Shown: positions 1 through 10,224 of the stretch, in pieces
Layout of the letters: each line of letters begins with the position of its first letter
Position numbering within the stretch: position 1 is the first letter of the stretch
Notes under the pieces: model-generated
Seen by the model: the letters and a program-made list of their open reading frames with translations, nothing else
Told to the model about the DNA's origin: nothing
Database searches by the model: none
Origin: an uncultured Verrucomicrobiota bacterium
GTDB lineage: Bacteria > Verrucomicrobiota > Verrucomicrobiia > Limisphaerales > UBA9464
Assembly: GCA_903854475.1 (NCBI GenBank)
Contig: CAINWP010000080.1
Span: 1,995 to 65,994 of the forward strand
Reading direction: 5' to 3'
Length of the DNA stretch: 64,000 nucleotides
Made by a program: the position numbers and the translations under genes

Positions 1-1141
1 AGAGCGAGGTCGGTTGGAGGTTGTAAATCGCGCCGTTGCCGCCATTAGAGGCCTTGCCGGTCTTCACATCGTCCAAAATTTGAATCTCGTGACGTCCGCG
101 CAGGTAGAGGCCGGAGTTCGATTTCGGAGCCACCTGGTACTCATAGCGAATGACGAAGTCCTTGAACTTCTCCTCGGTGAGCAAATCCGTGCCGTGCTCG
201 GTGAAATTGCCCTCGCGGTCCACCTTGAGCACGTTGCACAGCATGCCGTTCTGAACGCTCCACGACTTCATCCCATCATCGCGGCGGTACTTCCAGCCCT
301 TCATGGATGTGCCGTCGAACAGCAACTTGAAGCCCGCCTTCTTCTCGGCCGCGCTCAGCGCATTGGCCGTATCGGTCACCGCACCGGAACCCTTGGCCAG
401 GCCCAAGCCCCAACGAATGCCGCCAAGGATGTGCTTCTGGTAGGCGGCGCTGGTCCACACATCTTCGCGGTGGCCCAGGGAGGTGTAGAACATGCGACCA
501 CCGCCCTTGAGGTCTTTGCACCAGGACACGGGGTAATCGCCGGGCAAGTGATTCTGCGGGTGCTTGTCGAGGGTCAGCAGCCCGTGCACGCGATCGCGGT
601 GGAACTCCTTGAACTCGTAGATCTCGTCGTACATCGACCACGTGTCGCCCAGATGTTGGTTGGCGGGGTGCGCCGGGTCCTGGTTGGCCATGTCGACGGT
701 GACTTGCGCGCCGTGGGTCAAAAACAACCCGCCCAACATGCCGTAAAACGCCGGAAACCCATGGAACGTGTCGCTGCACGAGTGCATGCCGATGAGGGCG
801 TGTCCCTGCTCCACCCAGCGGATGAATCCTTCGCGATCGGGAATCGCCAAATCACCGGTGGTGTTCGCGAAGATCACCGCATCGACCTTGGCCAGATTGG
901 CCATGGAAAGCTTCTCGCGGACTTCGTTGTCGTCCTTGCCGTCGGCTCCGCCCCGCACGTAATCCACCACGGTGAAATCACCGGTGGTTTCACCAAGCGT
1001 CGCGATGACGTTCTCGGCGGTGGCGATGGAGCTGTGGCGGAAGCCCTTGGTGGCGGTGACCACGAGGACCTTCTTCGGCGCAGCCGCAGAAAGAGTCATC
1101 GCTGCCAACAGGCAACTGGATACGAGGGTGACGGTGTTCAT
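1..1141 (-). CDS. ThuA-like domain fused to DUF1080 (3-keto-disaccharide hydrolase-like) secreted protein; C-terminus runs off the left edge
   Basis: Own translation of the minus strand from ATG at 1141-1139. It reads MNTVTLVSSCLLAAMTLSAAAPKKVLVVTATKGFRHSSI...FYTSLGHREDVW (ThuA-type), then GFKLLFDGTSMKGWK...NSGLYLRGRHEIQILDD (DUF1080-type). It is absent from the ORF track because there is no stop inside the window. The listed 14..1552 + ORF is its antisense shadow. Confidence 0.8.
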   Translation of the reverse strand, partial: MNTVTLVSSCLLAAMTLSAAAPKKVLVVTATKGFRHSSIATAENVIATLGETTGDFTVVDYVRGGADGKDDNEVREKLSMANLAKVDAVIFANTTGDLAIPDREGFIRWVEQGHALIGMHSCSDTFHGFPAFYGMLGGLFLTHGAQVTVDMANQDPAHPANQHLGDTWSMYDEIYEFKEFHRDRVHGLLTLDKHPQNHLPGDYPVSWCKDLKGGGRMFYTSLGHREDVWTSAAYQKHILGGIRWGLGLAKGSGAVTDTANALSAAEKKAGFKLLFDGTSMKGWKYRRDDGMKSWSVQNGMLCNVLKVDREGNFTEHGTDLLTEEKFKDFVIRYEYQVAPKSNSGLYLRGRHEIQILDDVKTGKASNGGNGAIYNLQPTSL

Positions 1142-1415
1142 GAGAGAATGAAAACGGGTGTAGAACTTTGGAATATTCGGCAGCCCGGTCCGAGAAAAGG
1201 CAAGCCTCCGGAAGCGAGAACCTCCGGGGGATCGGCGGGTGTCCACGGCTGTGGGATCGGCCTCGAGGGAGTTGCCCGACGTCCGCCGCGGCCGGCCGAG
1301 CTTGCCAGCCCTAACCTCCGACGCACGATCCGTGGCCCCGGTCCGCTGTGGAAGGTTGGCCCACGCCCCGACTCACCCGCCCGGTCTGCGTGGCGGACCG
1401 ACAGATCCCGACCCT

Positions 1416-2294
1416 TCAATAGCGGCTCCGGAGGCGGCTCAGGACGGGCTCGATCCTCTCGCCGACATCCTCCTGATGGATGTAGGAATCACGGCTGCCA
1501 CCGGCATCCCAGCTATGCAGGAACAGCATCTTCTCGAATCGCACCCAACTAGCCGAACCGTCCATATAAAGTTGGTTTCCGCCGGCGGGAAGCCGGCCGT
1601 TCTTGTGGCCGGGCATGCCCTTGAATGCCGTGTCCCGACCGCCCCCCCACTGACCGTCGACCTTCATCACCGCGTCCGCCGCCAACACCCATCCGGGTTG
1701 CGCGGTGGTCGATTTCACCGGGCTGCGGGACGGGAAGGTGCCGGCCGGATTGATCCAGGTCTCGATGCCCCCCATGTACTGGTAACCGATGATCCATTGG
1801 TCGTATTCCGCCTCGAAGGTCGGGAATCCCTTCCGCGTGGGACAGGACCAGATCGTCGAAGCCTCGGAATTGGTCTGGATGGCCAGTCCTACGGTGGCCG
1901 CGGCCAATCGCTCCGGGGGATTCAGGGCGATCTGCACCGCCCCGCCGCGGGCCTGCAGAAGCGTGCCCTTGTGATCGTCGGCGTAGATCGTCATGGCGAT
2001 GCCGAGCTGGCGCAGGTTGTTGAGGCACTTGGATCGCCGGGCCTGTTCCTTGGCCCGTCCAAGGGCGGGCAGGAGCATGCTTGCGAGGATCGCGATGATG
2101 GCGATCACCACCAGCAGTTCGATCAGGGTGAAGGCCCGACGCAGAGGGCGATCAGTCAGGCCCGCCTGTCGTGGCCTGAGATTGGTTCCTGCCGGGTACG
2201 GGACTGCCAGTGAGGAACGGATGCGGGCCGGGACTGGAGGAATCACCACAAGACTTTGGGTGGCGAATATGAACTCAGTGCGCCAAATCGGCAA
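1416..2294 (-). CDS. Prepilin-type N-terminal cleavage/methylation domain protein, DUF1559-like
   Basis: Motif [31 protein letters not shown], with a C-terminal ...[14 protein letters not shown] typical of the DUF1559/H-X9-DG family. The leader in the ORF-track model is unusually long, so the true start is uncertain. Confidence 0.75.
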   Translation of the reverse strand: MPIWRTEFIFATQSLVVIPPVPARIRSSLAVPYPAGTNLRPRQAGLTDRPLRRAFTLIELLVVIAIIAILASMLLPALGRAKEQARRSKCLNNLRQLGIAMTIYADDHKGTLLQARGGAVQIALNPPERLAAATVGLAIQTNSEASTIWSCPTRKGFPTFEAEYDQWIIGYQYMGGIETWINPAGTFPSRSPVKSTTAQPGWVLAADAVMKVDGQWGGGRDTAFKGMPGHKNGRLPAGGNQLYMDGSASWVRFEKMLFLHSWDAGGSRDSYIHQEDVGERIEPVLSRLRSRY

Positions 2295-2327
2295 CCATCT
2301 CCAAACATCGATGGAAACGGGCCGGGT

Positions 2328-2603
2328 TCAGGGACGTGGAGCCGCCAATCCATCCGGACGGTATGGGATGACGATCTCCCGAGCCTGGATGGGCACCGAG
2401 ACCTCCTGCGTCCCGCCCCCGGGCCAGCGGATCCGGACCCGATCAGGAGCGTCCGGGCTGTGCATGACGACCACCGCGGAATCCTGGGACCAGTAGCCGG
2501 ACCCCGCATGGATCTCGCGGACCGGACCGGAACGTCCTCGGGCGACCCACTGGAGCACCGCCCCGGCGCCAGAGGGATTGCCGGAAGGGCCCTGCAGCCG
2601 CAC
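2328..2603 (-). pseudogene. Orphan UnbV/ASPIC C-terminal domain fragment (remnant of a CRTAC1/FG-GAP family gene)
   Basis: LRVRLQGPSGNPSGAGAVLQWVARGRSGPVREIHAGSGYWSQDSAVVVMHSPDAPDRVRIRWPGGGTQEVSV matches the UnbV_ASPIC pattern (GSGY.SQ ... V.W P.G). The open frame runs only from the stop at 2712-2714. I see no FG-GAP repeat region upstream in any frame. Confidence 0.5.
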
Positions 2604-2976
2604 TCGAAGGCCGGGCTTGGCCCGGACGCCAGCGAAAACCCGGACCAGACCGCCACCCTGCGGAATCCGGCGAGTCCGCCGATCCGTCCGTCGGCAGCGG
2701 ATGGATCCCGGTCAAGACCGCTCACCCGAGCATCACTAGGGTCCCGAGGACGGGCCATTAATGGCGGTCGGAAACCAGTTCAGTGCCGAGCCTCTCCGCG
2801 AAGGATCACCCCGGCAAGCAGTGGGGCGGGATCACCGGCAACGTCACCCACCTGTCACGGTCGCTTTCAGGCGTGCGAGAGACATCCCGAGCCCGGACAA
2901 GACCCCGGTGGTGGCCCAGAGGCTCCGTGGACGCGCCAAAACACGGAATACCGGGGCGCCGGCACGCGCCGATCGG

Positions 2977-4776
2977 TCATTGCCGCGACCGTTCGAATCG
3001 GGGCTTGCCACCGACGTAGGTCGATTCCACCCGGATGTCGGCAATCCGCCTGGGCTCGGATTTCCGGGGATCTCCCGACAGCACCACGAAATCCGCAACC
3101 CTTTCCTCGGCGATGGTGCCCTTAACCGCCTCCATCCGTTCGGCGAACGCGGAACCCCAAGTGTATTCGCGGATCGCTGTCTCGACCGGAATCCGCTGGG
3201 ACCCGCCGTACACCCGTCCCACCGCACTGGCGCGCGTCACGAGACTTTGGATCCTCCTCATCGGCTTGCACGCGCTCACCGGCCAGTCCGAATTTCCGGA
3301 CACCACGATGCCCAGGTCCTCCGCGCTGCGGTTCGGGTGCATGAACTCCCATCGTCGGGGTCCGTATTCCTCCATCTTGTCGCCATGCTCGAAGATGTAC
3401 GAATGGAGGGCGAGCACCACGCCGAGATCCTTCGCGCGTCGCAGTAATGCCTCGGGACAGACGCTGGCATGCTCGATCCGGAACCGAGCATCGGCCTTAG
3501 GGAGCTTGTGCAACGCGCGCTCGAAGGCGTCCAGCACCATGGCAATCTCCCGATCCCCATTGGCATGGATCGCCGGTTGGAGTCCCGATCGGTGAACCCG
3601 CAGCACCAAGGCATCCAGTTCCTCCTGGGTCCGGGCGGGCGGGATGCCGAAATCGTCGCGACGCCCGGTGGCGGGGTTCACTCGATCGTAGGGCTCCGAC
3701 ACCCAACAGGTGCGGCCGGACAACGAATTGCCGTGGACGATCTTGATGCCTCCGAGGCGCACCCACTCGTCACCGAATCCAGACTCCATGCCGGCCGCCT
3801 CGACGAGGTCGAGGTATGCGGACTGCATCAGCACACCCACCCGGCATCCTCGGCCGCGCCGTGCAAGTTCCTGGTAGGCCCGCAGAGCCTTCGGGGTACC
3901 TGCGGCATCCTGGACACTGGTGATCCCCTCTGAGAGGAACCGATCGAAACATCGCTCGTAACCCTCTACAAGCTGCTCCCAAGAGGGGTCCGGCACCTTC
4001 GGTCCGGCCGCCTCCACCAGTCGGAGTGCAGGGGGCTCCCGGAGCACACCATCCGGCTCGCCTTCCCGGTTTCGCCCGAACGCCCCGCCCTTCGGATCCG
4101 GTGTCGAACGGGTGATGCGTGCGGCATCGAGCACGACGCTGTTCACGGCCCAGACGTGACCGCTGGAGTGGCGGAGCAGGATGGGATGGTTGGTCGACAC
4201 CCGGTCGAGGAGTTCCCTGGTGGGATGTCCGTCCAGACGGGTGTCCTGGTAGTTGAACCCGCGCACCCAGAGGCCGGGAGGCGTGGCCGCAGCCTTGGAT
4301 CTGAGGACCGCAAGGAGACGATTCCGGTCCGGCACCCGTTCCGGATCCAGGTCGACTTCGCCATGGATGGAATCCTCCGGAAACTCGGGTCGGGGATGCA
4401 GATGGGAGTCGTTGAAACCGGGCAATACAGTCTGACCGTGGAGGTCGATCACGCGAGTACCGGGTCCGCGGGTCTTCAGCACCTCGGCGTCCGAGCCGAC
4501 CAGAATGAATCGTCCCCGGTGAACACTAAAGGCGGTGGCCGTCGGGCGCGCCGGGTCGACGGTGACCACGACCGCATCGTGGACGATCAGATCTGGCGTC
4601 GAGGCCCTGACAAGGCCGGCGAGCAGGATCGGGCACCACGAGCCGCGGCGAAAAAGACCGAGCAGCGCCGGGCGCTTGGAAGGCGGGAGGACGGGAGGGA
4701 GGAGAGCCATGGTGGGCGGTTTGGATCCGCGCACGGGCGTCGGGGCGCGGATCTTCCGGATGCGATCTTGAACCAT
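2977..4776 (-). CDS. Amidohydrolase family (YtcJ-like, Amidohydro_3) metal-dependent hydrolase
   Basis: LPGFNDSHLHP metal-binding motif, and HANGDREI / FRIEHAS / SGNSDWPV motifs typical of YtcJ-like amidohydrolases. The likely true start is the ATG at 4710 (MALLPPVL..., signal-like). Confidence 0.8.
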   Translation of the reverse strand: MVQDRIRKIRAPTPVRGSKPPTMALLPPVLPPSKRPALLGLFRRGSWCPILLAGLVRASTPDLIVHDAVVVTVDPARPTATAFSVHRGRFILVGSDAEVLKTRGPGTRVIDLHGQTVLPGFNDSHLHPRPEFPEDSIHGEVDLDPERVPDRNRLLAVLRSKAAATPPGLWVRGFNYQDTRLDGHPTRELLDRVSTNHPILLRHSSGHVWAVNSVVLDAARITRSTPDPKGGAFGRNREGEPDGVLREPPALRLVEAAGPKVPDPSWEQLVEGYERCFDRFLSEGITSVQDAAGTPKALRAYQELARRGRGCRVGVLMQSAYLDLVEAAGMESGFGDEWVRLGGIKIVHGNSLSGRTCWVSEPYDRVNPATGRRDDFGIPPARTQEELDALVLRVHRSGLQPAIHANGDREIAMVLDAFERALHKLPKADARFRIEHASVCPEALLRRAKDLGVVLALHSYIFEHGDKMEEYGPRRWEFMHPNRSAEDLGIVVSGNSDWPVSACKPMRRIQSLVTRASAVGRVYGGSQRIPVETAIREYTWGSAFAERMEAVKGTIAEERVADFVVLSGDPRKSEPRRIADIRVESTYVGGKPRFERSRQ

Positions 4777-5206
4777 GGGGCTTCTGTGCGAGCGAACGCT
4801 GCGGTTACAATCAGGAAACGTGTGCCGGCGGGCCCGACATCGAACATGGACATCCGGGCATCCTCCCGAGAGACAAACGGCGCGGCTTCAAGAGAGCACC
4901 GACCACCGACGGAAGGCCGTGGTCGCCCGCACGATTGAATCCCCGTCGACTCGGGGGATGGACCGGGAATCCTCCACGGACACCGGACCCCGCCGCCCGA
5001 TTCCGTACCGGGCCCGCGGCAAGGTGCCCGCAGCGCGACCGGCGGACCAAGCGCCACCTCGGGCGAGCCGCCCGCAGTTCTGCGATGCGACATCGCCACC
5101 GACCCGCCTCCCGTGTTGCTACAGGATTCGGGGAGCGACGGACTCGTCCGCCGAAAAATCGACGCGCCCACTTGCCTTGGGCTGATGGGTGTGAAGGCTC
5201 CCGGGA

Positions 5207-6127
5207 ATGACCCCGATCACGCAGGCCCACCGGCCAAACCACCTGTCCCCTTTGAGGTGGCTACGCGTCTCAATCTTTCTGTTGATGCTGCTGCCCTTGG
5301 GCCGGGCCGACTCGCTGACGCTGCGCTTCAAGGCGCCGCATTGGCTCTACATCGAGGGGGATCACCTGCCGGGCAAGGTGATCGAGGTAAACTACCTGGA
5401 GGCCTATTGCCGGGCCGGATCCACCGAGGCGGATTGGGTGAAGCACACGGTCATCCCGCACCGAGCCGAATTAATTAGCCTGAGCGCCGATCGAAAAACC
5501 CTGAAACTCCGAGACACTTTGGCAGACGGAGTAGTGGTCGATCACACCATCCGCGCGGGGAGCGATGATGTGGACTTCCGCCTCGTAGCCCACAACCCCG
5601 GTCCGAAACGCTCCGAGGCCCACTGGGCGCAGGCCTGCGTGCGGTTAGGGAATTTCACCGGCTTTCCGGCCTCCAGCACGAATCTCGACGACTACCTGCC
5701 TCAGTGTTTCCTGATCTTGAGCAACCGGGTCACGCGCTTCCCTGAAATCAAGCCGTGGGTCAAAGCCGCGCGGTATGTTCCTGGGCAAACCTGGTGTCCT
5801 CTCCACGTCCCCCGCACCGATGTGAACCCACGCCCCCTGAGTCCGGTGGTGCCCGATGATGGGTTGATCGGGGCCTTCAGCGGCGACGGCCAATGGATCT
5901 TCGCCACGGCCTGGGAGCCTTATCAGGAACTCTTCCAAGGGGTCATCCGCTGCCTGCACTCGGATTTGCGTCTCGGAGGCCTGCAACCCGGTGAAACTAA
6001 ACAGATCCGTGGCCGCATCTACCTGATGAAGTCCGATCCTCAGGCACTACGGGACCGCTATGCCCGCGATTTCCCGGAACACCGCCCGTCTCGGATCATC
6101 CGCAAGGCGGCCTCGACCCCGAAGTGA
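5207..6127 (+). CDS. Hypothetical secreted protein
   Basis: 306-aa ORF with a signal-like N-terminus (LRWLRVSIFLLMLLPLGRADS) and normal composition. No family recognised. Confidence 0.55.
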   Translation: MTPITQAHRPNHLSPLRWLRVSIFLLMLLPLGRADSLTLRFKAPHWLYIEGDHLPGKVIEVNYLEAYCRAGSTEADWVKHTVIPHRAELISLSADRKTLKLRDTLADGVVVDHTIRAGSDDVDFRLVAHNPGPKRSEAHWAQACVRLGNFTGFPASSTNLDDYLPQCFLILSNRVTRFPEIKPWVKAARYVPGQTWCPLHVPRTDVNPRPLSPVVPDDGLIGAFSGDGQWIFATAWEPYQELFQGVIRCLHSDLRLGGLQPGETKQIRGRIYLMKSDPQALRDRYARDFPEHRPSRIIRKAASTPK

Positions 6128-6354
6128 TCGACTCCGGGGCCCCATTCAGTCTCCCGCTGAGAAACCCATCGAATCCGGGATCACCGCGCCGGAAGGAATA
6201 AGCTGAGGCATCCCGGCGCGCGGTACCGGCAAAACTTCTAGACCGATCCAAGAGAAAAACCCTCGCATGGACCCAGGCTATCTAGCAGTTCGAACCGGAG
6301 CCAGTGGTGACTCACTCAGTGAGACGAGTGACGCTGGAAAATCGGGGCAACCGT

Positions 6355-7113
6355 TCAATCCCGAGTAAAATCGGCGGAAAGAAATCGACGGATTAACGGA
6401 TCCTGCGAAGCACGAATCACTTCCGGCGTGCCCACGGCCACGATCCGCCCTTCGCTGAGAAATGCGATACGATTGGCGATACCGAAAGCGAGGTCTCGAT
6501 CATGGGTCACCACCAGCGTGGTGGCATGAGTCATGGCATTGGCTCGGACAATTTCTCGTCCGACCGTCACTGCGACCAGTGGATCCAATTCACTGGTCGG
6601 CTCATCATAAAGAACAACCTGCGGTTCCATTACCAATGCTCGAGCAATGGCTACCCGTTTCTTCATACCGCCCGAAAGTTCCGACGGATATTTCAGGGAA
6701 TCCTTCGGTCCCAGGTGTACCAACGCCAGTTTCTCTTGAACGATCCGTTCAATCTCTGCCGCGGGTTTCAGTCGATGTTCCGACAGATAAAGGCCGACAT
6801 TTTCACCCACCGTGAGCGAGTTAAGCAAACCTCCGCTCTGGAACACCATAGCCAAGCGGAACCGATCACGAATGCCTTCGTCTTCGATGCGCGTCCCGTT
6901 GAGATGAATCTCGCCAGAATCGGCCGTCTCAAGACCGATGAGATGGCGCAGCAACACCGATTTCCCGGAGCCGCTCGGCCCCATTAGAACAAAGATCTCC
7001 CCGGGTTGGATCTCAAGGTCAACGCCGTCGAGAACGATCTGGGAGCCGAAGGATTTTCGGAGTTGGTGGACTCGGACGGCCACGCCCGATTCAGCGATCT
7101 TCGCAAAAGTCAT
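6355..7113 (-). CDS. mlaF: ABC transporter ATP-binding protein, MlaF-like
   Basis: Walker A GPSGSGKS, signature LSGGMKKR, Walker B VLYDEPTSELD. It sits directly downstream of an MlaE-type permease. Confidence 0.85.
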   Translation of the reverse strand: MTFAKIAESGVAVRVHQLRKSFGSQIVLDGVDLEIQPGEIFVLMGPSGSGKSVLLRHLIGLETADSGEIHLNGTRIEDEGIRDRFRLAMVFQSGGLLNSLTVGENVGLYLSEHRLKPAAEIERIVQEKLALVHLGPKDSLKYPSELSGGMKKRVAIARALVMEPQVVLYDEPTSELDPLVAVTVGREIVRANAMTHATTLVVTHDRDLAFGIANRIAFLSEGRIVAVGTPEVIRASQDPLIRRFLSADFTRD

Positions 7114-7118
7114 GGATT

Positions 7119-7886
7119 TTAGAACCCTCCCGCCATCGAGGCCTTAGTGAACGGTAAGAGCATCCGAGTGATGACATAGTCGAGCACTAGAATGAACACG
7201 ATTGAGTTCACAACCGCCTTGGTGACGCTGCGCCCGATTCCGCGTGGGCCGCCCATCGTGTCGAGGCCCTGATTGCAACAGACCACACCCACCGTTATGG
7301 CGAAGAGGAATGTCTTAATCAGTCCGTGGATGATGTCCCGCGGTTCTAACGTCGCCTTGAGACTGTTGAAGAAGGCAGTTGCCGACACAGCAACTTCCGG
7401 GTTGAGGGCCGCCACGAAGGCGCCACCGGCTGAACCAATGAGCAGCGAAAACACCAGCAGGCATGGGAGCGCCAGTGATATGGCGACGACGCGCGGTAGC
7501 ACGAGGTACTCGACCGGATCGATGTTCAGGGTGCGCAGGGCATCGATTTCTTGGTAAACTCTCATGGACCCCAACTCGGCCGCCATCGCCGAACCGATGC
7601 GACCCGCGATGAGGATCGACATCATCACCGGCCCCAGTTCTTTGGCGAGCGAGGCTCCGACCAAACCACCCAACATGGAACCGAGACCTCGCTGAGCCAG
7701 CAATGGTCCCGCCTGCAACGACAACACGCCGCCAATGAAGAGCGAGAGCACGCACGCCATGAAAAGACTGGCGTTGCCAATCTCGAACAACTGCTCGGCC
7801 AAATTGCGCCGATAGCGAAAAATCCTCGGCAATGCCCTAAGGGTCACCCAAAAAAGCACCAGCATCTTGCCCAGTTCACGAAACAC
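7119..7886 (-). CDS. mlaE: MlaE-family ABC transporter permease
   Basis: 255-aa polytopic protein with MlaE-like layout and sequence (FRELGKML...RALPRI..., GGPRGIGRSVTKAVV). Confidence 0.8.
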   Translation of the reverse strand: MFRELGKMLVLFWVTLRALPRIFRYRRNLAEQLFEIGNASLFMACVLSLFIGGVLSLQAGPLLAQRGLGSMLGGLVGASLAKELGPVMMSILIAGRIGSAMAAELGSMRVYQEIDALRTLNIDPVEYLVLPRVVAISLALPCLLVFSLLIGSAGGAFVAALNPEVAVSATAFFNSLKATLEPRDIIHGLIKTFLFAITVGVVCCNQGLDTMGGPRGIGRSVTKAVVNSIVFILVLDYVITRMLLPFTKASMAGGF

Positions 7887-7955
7887 GGTCGTAGGATCGC
7901 TGCAGCAGGCCTAGTCGGCAATACCCAAGGTTTTCATCCTGAGATCGCCCCAAGT

Positions 7956-9023
7956 TCAGCCGCCCGGAAAACATTGCTGCAACCCGGCAGCCACCGCTGA
8001 GAATGCCCGGGCCGCCTCACCCATTGGGTCAGCCACCACCACCGGTTCGCCACGATCCCCGCCCTCGCGGATCGCGACAACCAACGGGATTTCCCCCAAG
8101 AACGTCACTCCCTTGCGCTCGGCCTCAAGACGGCCTCCGCCATGCCCGAAGATGTCCACGCGTGTCCCATCGGCGAGACGGAAACCACTCATGTTCTCCA
8201 CGATACCCAGGATCGGAACCTGAACCTTCTCAAAGAGCGACATTCCCTTGCGGACCACTCCCAAAGAGGCTTCTTGCGGGGTAGTAATGATGACACCGCC
8301 ATCCAGCGGCACCGACTGGCACAAGGACAACTGGGCATCGCCGGTGCCCGGCGGTAGATCCACCAACAAGTAGTCCAAATCACCCCAGGCCACCTGATTG
8401 ATAAACTGATGGATGGTTTTCTGGATCATCGGCCCACGCCAGATGACGGCCTGTTCCGGATCAATGAGAAAGCCCATACTCATGAGCTTCACCCCGTGGC
8501 GCACCGGTGGCACCAAGCGCTCATCATCGGTGAGGGTGGGCCGCTCCTGAATACCCATCATCAGCGGAATGCTCGGGCCGTAGATATCACAATCCAGAAG
8601 GCCTACCCGCAATCCAGCACGCGCCAAGGCGCACGCCAAATTGACCGAACACGTGGACTTACCGACCCCTCCCTTGCCCGAGGCCACCGCAACCACCCGA
8701 CGAACTCCCGGCATGCGATTGCGCTGAGGGACCCCAGTATTGGCCGGAGTAGCCGAAACCGCCGAGGTCTGTGTCGGAACCTGGACCTGCACATGGGCGT
8801 CAGTGATTCCCTCGATCTGGTCCCGCAATGCGGCCTTGGCTGCGTCGGCGATTTGATTGCCGATCTCCGGATTCGGAGTGGTCAATTCAAGAAGCACTCC
8901 CACTGCACCTCCGTCAATCTGAACACCTTTCACCAATCCGAAAGAAACGATGTCTCGGCTGTATCCGGGATACTTGACCGTGCGCAGCGCTTCCATCACG
9001 GAGGACTCTAAAATGGTTGCCAT
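7956..9023 (-). CDS. apbC: Mrp/NBP35 (ApbC) Fe-S cluster carrier ATPase with N-terminal DUF59 domain
   Basis: DUF59-like MATILESSVMEALRTVKYPGYSRDIVSFGLV, then VAVASGKGGVGKSTCSVNLA (deviant Walker A). The start is set at ATG 9023; the ORF track begins at GTG 9098. Confidence 0.85.
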   Translation of the reverse strand: MATILESSVMEALRTVKYPGYSRDIVSFGLVKGVQIDGGAVGVLLELTTPNPEIGNQIADAAKAALRDQIEGITDAHVQVQVPTQTSAVSATPANTGVPQRNRMPGVRRVVAVASGKGGVGKSTCSVNLACALARAGLRVGLLDCDIYGPSIPLMMGIQERPTLTDDERLVPPVRHGVKLMSMGFLIDPEQAVIWRGPMIQKTIHQFINQVAWGDLDYLLVDLPPGTGDAQLSLCQSVPLDGGVIITTPQEASLGVVRKGMSLFEKVQVPILGIVENMSGFRLADGTRVDIFGHGGGRLEAERKGVTFLGEIPLVVAIREGGDRGEPVVVADPMGEAARAFSAVAAGLQQCFPGG

Positions 9024-9122
9024 GGATGATTTTGCTCGGAATACGAGGGTTTTAGCCGTTGTAAAAACGGGGTGGACCATCCCACAGGACGGCTCCACCC
9101 CTGAAAAAAATTCGTCAGCGGT

Positions 9123-10130
9123 TCACTTGGCCGCGACAACCGCGCGTTTCTTGTCGGAGAGTGCTCGGAGGAAGGCCGTCAGGTCGCTAGTTTCTTCGGC
9201 CGAGAGCCTCTTACCCAATTGTAGCCAAGCCATCTTCTGGACCGTCTCTTCCAACGTCTTCTGGCTGCCGTCATGGAAATACGGCGCAGTCAGGGCGATG
9301 TTGCGGAGGCTGGGCACCTTGAAGACAAACTCGTCGTAGTCTTCCTTGGTCACCTCGATGCGCCCCTTGTCCGAGGTGTTTTCGTAGGCATTGAGAATTC
9401 CAAGCTTCTTGTAGTCGTTACCTCCGAGGAGCGGACCTGTATGGCAGGTGGTGCAACCGATGGACAAGAAGGTGTCGAGTCCCTTCAGTTCAGCAGCGGT
9501 GAGTGCCTTGTCGTCGCCCTTTAGAAAATCATCAAATCGGTCGTGCGTGCGGAGGGTTCGCTCAAATGCGCCGACAGCCTTAGCAAAATTGTCGTAAGTC
9601 AGCGGATCCGACTCGCTGGGAAATGCCTTCTTGAAGGCTCCGACATACTTCTTCTCAGCCTTGAGCTTCTCGATGACCGCCGCCTCGCTGGGCATGGCCA
9701 TTTCACCCGGGTTGAGCACCGGTCCCTTGGCCTGATCCTCTAAGGTCTTGGCGCGACCATCCCAGAACTGGGCGATATGGAAGCCCGCGTTGAGCACTGT
9801 CGGAGAATTTCGGCCACCCCGCTTTCCGAAGGCACCCGGAGAGGTCGGCTCGTTGTCTACGCCACCACGGTTCTGATCCACCGCATGGCAAGAATTGCAA
9901 GATTGGGTGTTGTTGGCCGAAAGTTTCTTCTCAAAGAACAGGTCCCGACCGAGTTTTACTCGAGCCGGAGTGTCGTTTTCTGCACCCGGCATTTTGTCAG
10001 GAATAGGCGCTAGAACCTTCAAGGCACCCGTTCGCAATTCCGAAGAAGTTGCAGCGTTTATCGCAGCAGGAACCAACAAGAACGCCGACACAGTCAAGGC
10101 ATGAGCCAAAGTCATGTTTATGGTCATCAT
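9123..10130 (-). CDS. Di-haem cytochrome c peroxidase (CCP/MauG family)
   Basis: Signal peptide, two CxxCH motifs (CNSCH, CTTCH), and PSLRNIALTAPYFHDGS typical of bacterial CCP. Confidence 0.85.
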   Translation of the reverse strand: MMTINMTLAHALTVSAFLLVPAAINAATSSELRTGALKVLAPIPDKMPGAENDTPARVKLGRDLFFEKKLSANNTQSCNSCHAVDQNRGGVDNEPTSPGAFGKRGGRNSPTVLNAGFHIAQFWDGRAKTLEDQAKGPVLNPGEMAMPSEAAVIEKLKAEKKYVGAFKKAFPSESDPLTYDNFAKAVGAFERTLRTHDRFDDFLKGDDKALTAAELKGLDTFLSIGCTTCHTGPLLGGNDYKKLGILNAYENTSDKGRIEVTKEDYDEFVFKVPSLRNIALTAPYFHDGSQKTLEETVQKMAWLQLGKRLSAEETSDLTAFLRALSDKKRAVVAAK

Positions 10131-10224
10131 CTGTATCTTACTGCAGGAGTCAAATTGTGCAAATCAAGGAAACCGCCCACGGAAACAGTCTCAGATCAAC
10201 GGGTTTCAAATCTGCGGATCGATT

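Noticed and set aside
14-1552. 512-aa plus-strand ORF at the left edge
   Set aside because: It is the antisense shadow of the ThuA/DUF1080 gene. Its translation is low-complexity, Arg/Gly/Ala/His-rich with no motifs, whereas the minus strand gives clean domain matches.
2041-2053. GCCTGTTCCTTGG, a one-mismatch match to the repeat core, inside the pilin-like gene
   Set aside because: It is short and mismatched, and lies in the conserved [11 protein letters not shown] coding segment. It is not counted as a repeat copy.
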